A DNA stretch of 64,000 bases from Macrostomum lignano (lineage: Eukaryota), in assembly GCA_002269645.1 (NCBI GenBank), contig NIVC01002192.1, forward strand, positions 108,952 through 172,951, written 5' to 3'. Made by a program: the position numbers and the translations under genes. Positions 1 through 8,406 of the stretch are shown here, piece after piece. The notes beneath the pieces are model-generated. The model had not been told where the DNA came from, searched no databases, and saw only the letters and a program-made list of their open reading frames with translations. Position 1 is the first letter of the stretch; each line of letters opens with the position of its first letter.

Positions 1-1941
1 ACAGCGTCTCATCAGCCTCCAGTGTCCGGTACTGCGTCTCATCAGCATCCAGTGTCCGGTACTGCGCCTCATCAGCATCCAGTGTCCGGTACTGCGCTTC
101 ATCAGCATCCAGTGTCCGGTACTGCGCCTCATCAGCATCCAGTGTCCGGAACAGCGTCTCATCAGCCTCCAGTGTCCGGTACTGCGTCTCACCAGCATCC
201 AGTGTTCGGTACAGTACCTCATCAGCATCCAGTGTCCGGTACTGCGTCTCATCAGCCTCCAGTGTCCGGTACAGTACCTCATCAGCATCCAGTGTCCGGT
301 ACTGCGGCTCATCAGCATCCAGTGTCCGGTACTGCGCCTCATCAGCATCCAGTGTCCGGTACAGCGTCTCATCAGCCTCCAGTGTCCGGTACTGCGTCTC
401 ATCAGCCTCCAGTGTCCGGTACAGTATCTCATCAGCATCCAGTGTCCGGTACTGCGTCTCATCAGCATCCAGTGTCCGGTACTGCGCCTCATCAGCATCC
501 AGTGTCCGGTACTGCGTCTCATCAGCCTCCAGTGTCCGGTACTGCGTCTCATCAGCATCCAGTGTTCGGTACAGTACCTCATCAGCATCCAGTGTCCGGT
601 ACTGCGTCTCATCAGCCTCCAGTGTCCGGTACAGTACCTCATCAGCATCCAGTGTCCGGTACTGCGTCTCATCAGCATCCAGTGTCCGGTACTGCGTCTC
701 ATCAGCATCCAGTGTCCGGTACTGCGCCTCATCAGCATCCAGTGTCCGGTACTGCGTCTCATCAGCCTCTAGTGTCCGGTACTGCGTCTCATCAGCCTCC
801 AGTGTCCGGTACTGCGTCTCATCAGCATCCAGTGTCCGGTACAGTGCCTCATCAGCCTCCAGCGTCCGGTACTGCGTCTCATCAGCATCCAGTGTTCGGT
901 ACAGTACCTCATCAGCATCCAGTGTCCGGTACTGCGTCTCATCAGCCTCCAGTGTCCGGTACAGTACCTCATCAGCATCCAGTGTCCGGTACTGCGTCTC
1001 ATCAGCATCCAGTGTCCGGTACTGCGTCTCATCAGCATCCAGTGTCCGGTACTGCGCCTCATCAGCATCCAGTGTCCGGTACTGCGTCTCATCAGCCTCT
1101 AGTGTCCGGTACTGCGTCTCATCAGCCTCCAGTGTCCGGTACTGCGTCTCATCAGCATCCAGTGTCCGGTACAGTGCCTCATCAGCCCCCAGCGTCCGGT
1201 ACTGCACCTCACCATCAACTAGCCGGTTTTGCACAGTCGCAGCGCCCAATCACCGTCAACGCACCTCAGTCAATTCAAATCAATCCTGCGTCGATATATG
1301 TTACGGCCTCAATCGCAGGGCGGAAGGTGAACGCGCTAGTGGACTCGGGAGCTTCCTGCACCATTATCTCACGGGAAGCTTACCAAAGTATGCCGAAACA
1401 GAGCGTCAGAGATTTGGCCGGTGCTGAAGGCTACGTTAGCTTAGCAAACGGCAGCCCGATCGAAATCGAGAGAACAGTCCTGTTGCGACTGTCAATCGCT
1501 GATAAAGTAATAGATACTCCAGCCTTGGTAGTCAGCGGAGTGAAGTACCAACTGGTATTGGGATCCGACTTCTGCAGGGACAACAGTTGCGTCATCGACT
1601 ACAAGACAGCTGTCTTTTCAGTGCAGGACACTGCAATCCCGTTCCGATGGCAAGCTGAGCGCCCGATCGTTTGCAGAATTTTGGCGACAAGGTCCAGCAC
1701 AATACCGCCAGGTCATCAAGCAGTTCTGTCAGCAAGGCTGGAGAGCAAAGGACGACGGAACAGAGGGTGTGTCGGTCTAACTGAGAATCTCGGGGCGAAC
1801 GATTTGGCAGCTGGCCGCTGGCTTGCTAAGGCCTTAGTGATCCCAAATAGCGGCAGCCGTCTGCCGACTCGACTCATCAATATCACGGAGGAGCCAGTCA
1901 GAATTCGCCAAGGTTGTACGCTCGGGTGGTTCTGCCCCTAG
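1..1941 (+). CDS. gag-pro: Gag C-terminal repeat region plus aspartic protease (5'-partial)
   Basis: About 40 in-frame 10-aa repeats (SGTA[S/P]HQHPV), then the retropepsin motif ALVDSGAS and LVLGSDF, then a spacer typical of gypsy pol. Joins the RT frame if one C is added to the C-run near 1936. Confidence 0.85.
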   Translation, partial: TASHQPPVSGTASHQHPVSGTAPHQHPVSGTALHQHPVSGTAPHQHPVSGTASHQPPVSGTASHQHPVFGTVPHQHPVSGTASHQPPVSGTVPHQHPVSGTAAHQHPVSGTAPHQHPVSGTASHQPPVSGTASHQPPVSGTVSHQHPVSGTASHQHPVSGTAPHQHPVSGTASHQPPVSGTASHQHPVFGTVPHQHPVSGTASHQPPVSGTVPHQHPVSGTASHQHPVSGTASHQHPVSGTAPHQHPVSGTASHQPLVSGTASHQPPVSGTASHQHPVSGTVPHQPPASGTASHQHPVFGTVPHQHPVSGTASHQPPVSGTVPHQHPVSGTASHQHPVSGTASHQHPVSGTAPHQHPVSGTASHQPLVSGTASHQPPVSGTASHQHPVSGTVPHQPPASGTAPHHQLAGFAQSQRPITVNAPQSIQINPASIYVTASIAGRKVNALVDSGASCTIISREAYQSMPKQSVRDLAGAEGYVSLANGSPIEIERTVLLRLSIADKVIDTPALVVSGVKYQLVLGSDFCRDNSCVIDYKTAVFSVQDTAIPFRWQAERPIVCRILATRSSTIPPGHQAVLSARLESKGRRNRGCVGLTENLGANDLAAGRWLAKALVIPNSGSRLPTRLINITEEPVRIRQGCTLGWFCP

Positions 1942-4900
1942 AATCCACCGAACCGTTGAACACCATCAAGCTCTTAGCCGTAGAGTCAGGAGACGATCCA
2001 CAGGAAGAGCCGAAGTTCCAAGGCAGCGACAGCCCTTCGGAAGCAGACTTGCTACCAAACTCGTACGGCGACTGTGGACTGTCGACGAAAGAAGACGAAG
2101 AATTTAGAATCCTTGTCCGGAGTTACGGCGATGTGTTCACGACCAAGCAGACTTCAAGCAAGTTAACTACCGTGGTGGAGCATGAAATTAACACCGAGAA
2201 TGCGCGCCCAATCAAGATCCCACCGCGTCGTCTGCCTCCCCACTTACAGCCAGAAGTAGATCGTCAAGTCAACGAGTTGCTGGAAAAGGGGCAGATCGAA
2301 GAAGCACAGTCACCATGGTGCTTTCCTTTGGTGTGCGTAAAGAAGAAATCAGGGGAAATGAGGATGTGCGTCGATTATCGGAAGTTGAATGAGGTCACCG
2401 TCAAGGATGCAGTGCCGATGCCGAGGGTCGATGATGCGCTGGAGGCAGTACACGGCGCCAAGATCTTCTCGACAATGGACCTTCACAGCGGGTTTTGGCA
2501 AGTAGGGGTGAGACCTCAGGATCAGGACAAGACGGCGTTTGCAGTGCCGCATCGCGGACAATTTCGATGGAAGGTTATGCCGTTCGGCTTAGTGAACAGC
2601 CCAGCAACATTCACCAGGTTGATGGCAGCCGTTTTGGACAAGCAGATGTGGAAAACCTGTCTCGTCTACATCGACGATCTACTGGTTTGGTCAACCGACG
2701 TGGATGAACACCTGAGAAGACTGGAGGAAATATTCAGCAAGTTGCGGCAAGCAAATTTGTGCCTGAAGCCCCAGAAGTGTCACTTTTTGCAAAAGCAAGT
2801 GAAATTTCTCGGTCACACGCTGTCGGCTGCTGGCATCAGTACCGATGAGGAGAAAGTTCAAGAAGTGAAGAACTGGCCAACACCGCGATCCTCGACGGAG
2901 CTGCATTCATTCTTGGGCCTGTGTGGCTATTACAGAAAGTTTATTAAAGATTTCGCCGCAATAGCAGCGCCTCTAACTCGGTTGACAACAAAAGACGCAA
3001 AGTTTGAATGGAAAACGGAACAGCAGCTGGCGTTCGAAACATTGAAGGAACGAATGACAAGTTCAGAGGTTATGGCTCATCCGGATTTCTCCCCGGATGC
3101 CGGAGAGTTTATCCTCGATACTGATGGCAGTTCGAAGATGGGCATAGGAGCGGTACTTTCTCAAGTCCAGCCAGATGGAGCAGAACGAGTGATCGCCTAT
3201 GGGTCCAAGACACTAAATCAAGCCGAACGCAACTATTGTACGACTCGTTTAGAACTACTAGCGGTTGTGACTTTCATCATGAAGTTCAGATACTATCTGC
3301 TGGAAAAGCGTTCTGTCTGCGAACGGACCACAGCAGCCTGCAATGGTTAAAAAACTTCAGTGACGCCGAGGGACAGGTTGCTCGCTGGTTGGAGAAGTTG
3401 GCTCATTTCAGTACCGCATCGTTCACAGACCAGGTCGATCGCATGGCAACGCGGACGCAATGTCGAGGAAGCCAGTACGGAGACATTTCGGAGCGGAGAC
3501 ATGCCCGGCATGTGCGCAGCATCCAGAAGGACTAAATGCAGTCGAATTTGAACGATTCTCAGCCGGCAATCTGGCAAGCGAGCAGGATCAAGACGACGAT
3601 TTGAGAACAGTAAAGGAAGCGCTTGGCTCAAACCCAGTCCAGATAAAAGCGAGACAGCTTGGAGTCCACTGGCTAGAGCCGTCTGGACTCGAAAAGACGA
3701 CCTGGTGCTGCAAGAGAAAGTGCTCCTTGTGAGAAACAAAGACAGGCGCGATGAGTATCAAATGGTGCTGCCACGAAAGGCATTGGATCGTATCTTGAAA
3801 ACCCTACACGAGGGAGTGGGAGGTGGCCACATGGGCTTTGCGAAGACAAAATTTAAAGTGCTTCAGCGCTACTGGCGTCCAGGATTGTCTCGTGCCATTG
3901 AAGAATATATTCGCGGTTGTGCCACCTGCTGCAAGTCAAAGCCGGGCAAGCGAAACCGAGCACCCCTGCAACCGTTGACATTCGCAGCACCATTCGATTG
4001 CGTCATGATGGACATTGTCGGGCCGCTACCGCGGAGTAAGGCTGGAAACATTTATCTCCTGACAGTCCAAGATTCGTTTACGAAGTGGCCTGACGCGTAC
4101 CCGCTTCGCAACCAGAAGGCAAGGACGGTGGCAAGGGCGCTTTTCAATCGATGGATTAGCCAGCATGGATGTCCGAGTACTTTGCACAGTGACCAAGGAA
4201 GGAACTTCGAATCGCAAGTGATGCGCGAAATGTGCAGGATACTCGAGATCCGCAAGTCCAGAACCACAGCTTATCATCCGAGCGGAAATGGACAAGTAGA
4301 AAACTTCAATAAAAGTTTAAAATCCATCCTCAAGTGCTGCCTAGAGGACTCAGGACGAAACGACTGGGAAGAATTCGTCAGCTCTGCGTTAATGGCGTAC
4401 CGATCAAGCGTGCATCGAGCAACGGGTTATACTCCCCACTACATGGTCTATGGCACGGAGATGCGCCTACCGATAGACTTGACTGACCAGCCGCCACAGC
4501 CTGTCGATTCGCATGTAAATTTCGTCAAGGAGCTAGAAGACAAATTGCAGACAGCTCATCGCGCTGCTCGACAGCAGTTGAATACTTATCAGCGGCGACA
4601 GAAGGACCAGTACGATAAAAGAACCCGAGGATCCGATATTCAGGAGGGTGACCATGTCTTCGTCTACAGCCCCGCCCTGAAACCAGACGAAGCCGCAAAG
4701 TTTCACGTAAGCTGGCTCGGCCCAGTGAAGGTGCTCGAAAGAAGATCCGAGGTGCTCTTCAAAGTGGAAAACCCGTCAAATCGTAAAAAGTCGAAGTTCG
4801 TCCACTTCAACAACCTCCGGAAGTTCGCTCGACCGGCCGCCCTGGAAACACCAGTTAGGACCGCGGCACCGCCGGAGGTGGTCGACGAGACGGACTCGGA

Positions 4901-5108
4901 GACAGAGGCGGAATGCGAGACTTGGACTCGGCCTCAACTGATGCCGCCACAGGACGCCGAGGAAGTCGCCGAGGTGCTGGAAGAGCAGATGGAGTTGGTT
5001 GACGACCCGCAGCCTACTCATAACCCGGTGGAAGCTGCACCTGAGCCTCGAAGGTCCGGAAGGTTGCGACGGCCGCCGGATCGCTACGGCCAGCCAGTGA
5101 CATTCTAA
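1914..5108 (+). CDS. pol: Pol: reverse transcriptase, RNase H and integrase, with about three single-base frameshifts in the RH-IN linker (~3305, ~3408, ~3715)
   Basis: RT: MCVDYRKLN, MDLHSGFWQV, MPFGL, YIDD. RH: LDTDGS, AYGSKTL, ELLAVV, RTDHSSL, HRPGRSHGNADAMSR. IN: H-x6-H...C-x2-C, D-D-E (MDIVGP, HSDQG, GQVE), GPY/F-like WLGPVKV, tail RRSGRLRRPPDRY. Confidence 0.95.
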
Positions 5109-5522
5109 TGGGTTACTCGTCATCGTGAAGTCTCATCAGTTTCATATGCGATTATCGTTAAAAGCCAGAAAAATATTTCGCGAATGCGTCATTCATCATA
5201 AATACGAGTACTTCATCAATGCATCATTCATCATGAGTACGAGCAGTTCGCCAATGCGTCATTCAAGAAATTCGTTAATGCGTCATTAAGTCATTTTAAT
5301 CGCATCTTCATCGAAGTTTTGACGAGAATCAAATTTTGCCTACAAAATCTATGCATCGGTGGAGGGTATTCGGACTGGCATCCGGTGAAAACTCGAATTT
5401 GCGCTGGGACTTTACGATGCAGGGCCACGGTCCGAGGAGATGACGCTCTGGCAAGAGGGGAGCAGGAGTAAAATCTGGAGTCAGGGACAGTGTGTCGCAG
5501 GTTTGAGTACGTTGCTTTGCAG

Positions 5523-6470
5523 ATGGATTTGTACGCTGTCCTCCAAGTCGGACACACAGCCGAACGTGCCGAGATCAGGCGAGTCTATCGACAGCTAGCG
5601 CTCTTCTGGCACCCGGACAAGCACCCGGACAAGGAACTCGCAGGACGCCGTTTCCAAGAAATTGAGACTGCTGGTAGAATTCTATCGTGTCCATATCGCC
5701 GAGCGATGTACGACCAGTTGGGCGATAAATCAATCCCGTATGACGAGGCTGTAACCTTCGCAATGACGTTCATACCTCCTACTGGTGTAAGAATGCCGGC
5801 GGACATCGAAGAGGGAGTACAGCAAAGGCGAGAAGTTGAAGAAGCTCAGCGCAAGGAAGCTGGTCTCAGGCAGGGGAGACAGGGACAGAGGAACGATTAC
5901 GAAGCGGATGGCTACATTCTAATCTCGGACGACGATGAGAGCGAGGAGTCGGATGAGTGTAGCATCGACACAGAAGAAGAAGACGAGTTGCTGGCATCGG
6001 ATGGCTCCTCCGGAAGTAGTGAGTCAGAAGCTATGGAGATCGATGTACCGGAAAGCAAGGAGGTTGTCTCACATCGCGCGTCGGGAGCAATATGGGATGA
6101 TGAAAAGCTGTCGTTATCGGCAGCTGCGCGTCAGCTCCGCCATCGTTTGATGAAGCATATTTTGGCTGGACAGTCGGACGGAATCGTGTCAGTGCTCACG
6201 GCTATGAGACGGCTGTTTCGAGACTCGCAGCGAGAACCGAGGAGCGCACTGTCAATGGTCCTGCTGCAGGCGTTGTTCTTCATCCGCAGAGATATCGCTC
6301 CGGTAAAGCGTCAGAGAGCAGGCCGCCGTTACTGGTCTAGGCAGAGTTTTGATTGTTTCGTCCGACAGCTCTGTCACGAGCTCATCCCGCTGTTCGGTTT
6401 GCGCCGGCCCGGCAGGCTGCTCGAGGTCCTGAAAAGCTGCGTCGGTCTCCCTGGACTTCGGGTTCGCTAG
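5523..6470 (+). CDS. J-domain (DnaJ/Hsp40-type) protein, 315 aa, in the retrotransposon env position
   Basis: MDLYAVLQV...EIRRVYRQLALFWHPDKHPDKELAGRRFQEIETAGRILSCPYRRAMYDQLG is a complete J domain with the HPD motif. An acidic stretch and a helical, basic C-terminus follow. Intronless; lies between the IN stop and the PPT. Confidence 0.9.
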   Translation: MDLYAVLQVGHTAERAEIRRVYRQLALFWHPDKHPDKELAGRRFQEIETAGRILSCPYRRAMYDQLGDKSIPYDEAVTFAMTFIPPTGVRMPADIEEGVQQRREVEEAQRKEAGLRQGRQGQRNDYEADGYILISDDDESEESDECSIDTEEEDELLASDGSSGSSESEAMEIDVPESKEVVSHRASGAIWDDEKLSLSAAARQLRHRLMKHILAGQSDGIVSVLTAMRRLFRDSQREPRSALSMVLLQALFFIRRDIAPVKRQRAGRRYWSRQSFDCFVRQLCHELIPLFGLRRPGRLLEVLKSCVGLPGLRVR

Positions 6471-6589
6471 GGTGCCCAGTTCCGATTCATACCGTATTTT
6501 CTGCTTAATTGTACGTATGTTGTTACGCTCGTACTGTATGGGTTTATTTGCATGCTAGTGGGGTCAAGCTTCCTGGGGGAATGGCTCAG

Positions 6590-7110
6590 CAGCTGTGCGG
6601 CGCCAGTGCGCTTCCTGCCGGCTTCTGCGGCGGCCACTTGCGCGTCCTGCCGGCCATCTGCGCGCCTCGCCCGGCCGCCTTCGCGTCTTGCCGCGGCCAC
6701 CTGCGTGTCCTGCCGGCCACTTGCGCGTCCTGCCGGCCACCTGCGCGTCCCGCCCGGCCACCTGCGTGCCCTGCCGGCCATTTGCACTTCCTGCCGGCCA
6801 CTTGCGCGTCCTGCCGGCCACCTGCGCGTCCCGCCCGGCCGCCTTCGCGTCTTGCCGGCCACCTGCGTGCCCTGCCGGCCACCTGCGTGTCCTGCCGGCC
6901 ACTTGCGCGTCCTGCCGGCCACCTGCGCGTCCCGCCCGGCCACCTGCGTGCCCTGCCGGCCATCTGCACTTCCTGCCGGCCACTTGCGCGTCCTGCCGGC
7001 CACTTGCGCGTCCTGCCGGCCACCTGCGCGTCCCGCCCGGCCACCTGCGTGCCCTGCCGGCCATCTGCACTTCCTACAGGCCATCTGCGCGTCCTGCCGG
7101 CCACCTGCGA
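6590..7110. repeat. GC-rich ~20-22 bp tandem array (CCTGCCGGCCACCTGCGCGT) in the retroelement 3' UTR
   Basis: Visible degenerate repeat; it produces the overlapping spurious ORFs at 6467-7280. Confidence 0.9.
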
Positions 7111-7353
7111 TGGTTTTCTGTGGCGCCAGCTTTGATGTAAAGCCTATTCCGTGCCCCGTGGTTGCTCTGACGAACTTGCGTGCAGAAAACCAGTATTTTT
7201 TTTTCATATTTCTTTTGCGGCAACCATTTTTCTTTTTCCCCTTTGCATTAGTTTGTTTCCAATTTTTTTGTTGTTTTTGATTTTTTTGCTTTGTTATTTA
7301 AAAAATTTGGAATCCCAGTCGCCGTGGTTCGAGCTCCGCCCTGTTTTTTTTGT

Positions 7354-7365
7354 AGGAGGGGAGGG
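7354..7365 (+). promoter_or_regulatory. Polypurine tract (plus-strand priming site)
   Basis: AGGAGGGGAGGG directly before the LTR 5' TGT, preceded by a T-tract. Confidence 0.9.
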
Positions 7366-8270
7366 TGTAGTGCATGCGCCCTTGTCAGTTGGCAGGGCGC
7401 GTTGCACTTTGGGGCTGGTTGGGGGAGTTGGCGGGCGTGGCAGGGTCTGGCCCCCGGCCGGGCTTTGCGCGTGCCCCTCCCCAGCCGTGCCCCTGCCCCG
7501 TGCTCAGGGCTGGTTGGCTGCGGCCGGGCCAGCTTTGGCGCGGGTGCAGCCCCTCCCCCTTAGGCGGGGTTTTGATTGGCTGGGCCGGCGTGGTTTGTTT
7601 TGGTGAGCTTAGCCGGTGGGGCCGTCTGCCCCAGGGTTTGGGTGCTATTTATGGTGCGACTCTGGCTCTTGCCCACCACCTGCGTGCTTTTTGTGTTTTG
7701 GTGTGCTCCGAGAGTGCAAGCGCGAGACCTGATAAAAGAAACAGCAACATTAGCTACTTTGATAAAAGAAACAGCAACATTAGCTACTTGGATAAAAGAA
7801 ACACAATAGCCTAATTGAGAAGAGTCTTGGAGAATTAAGAAGAAGTCGGAAACTGCGCTTGAGACCTGCGAATAATAAACGGTGAACAGTCATCTGGCCA
7901 CTGGTAAGCCGCCTGCTGTTTGAGTCCTTTCTTTCCGGGAAGCTTGCTAGGCCGAATTCTTGCCAGAGCGTCATAACGCCGGGAGACCATATAGCTTCTG
8001 TAGTACGGTACCGTTTATCATATATATTGCGTACGCCCTACGGTATAGAGAATAGAAGCACTCGAGAGTGTCACCACACCTCGAGCCGCAGCGTGAACTC
8101 TGAGTGTCACAACACCAGAGGGATCGAATTATTATCGCAGAGCGTCGCCACGCCTGCTCGTCGTATTCATAAAAGTACAGACAGAGCGTCACTACGCCTG
8201 TTATATCACATATAATATACATGTATATTGTACTCGGGACTGGGCACCCAAGCCGACCCGGGTTACAACA
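7366..8270 (+). repeat. 3' LTR (905 bp)
   Basis: TGTAGTG...GGGTTACAACA termini, AATAAA at 7874-7879, and an alignable copy at 27548-28285. Confidence 0.9.
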
Positions 8271-8380
8271 CCCTAATGAGATCCCACCCAGCTCAACCCT
8301 AATGAGATCCCAGCTCAACCTCTCTGAGATCCCAGCTCAACCCTAATGAGATCCCATCTCAACCTCTCTGAGATCCCAGA
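8271..8380. repeat. Intronic ~22-bp repeat CCCTAATGAGATCCCAGCTCAA, interrupted by the retrotransposon
   Basis: About 4 visible copies abutting the LTR end. Confidence 0.85.
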
Positions 8381-8406
8381 TCAGCACCACTAACATCCCT
8401 GCTCAC

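Larger units (their letters stand above)
1..8270 (+). mobile_element. Ty3/gypsy LTR retrotransposon, 5' end beyond the window; intronic and antisense to laminin alpha
   Basis: Order PR-RT-RH-IN, extra ORF, polypurine tract AGGAGGGGAGGG (7354-7365), LTR TGT...ACA (7366-8270). Host intronic 22-bp repeat resumes at 8271. Confidence 0.95.

Noticed and set aside
1914-1941. Programmed -1 ribosomal frameshift between gag-pro and pol
   Set aside because: No slippery heptamer is present, the break falls after the protease spacer, and it matches the single-base losses seen elsewhere.
5900-6400. T-antigen-like LxCxE Rb-binding motif after the J domain
   Set aside because: No LxCxE is present; QLCHE is misspaced.
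8271-8276. CCCTAA telomeric hexamer at the LTR insertion site (telomere targeting?)
   Set aside because: It is part of a 22-bp intronic unit, not a telomere tract, and the solo LTR site (GTGG) does not share it.
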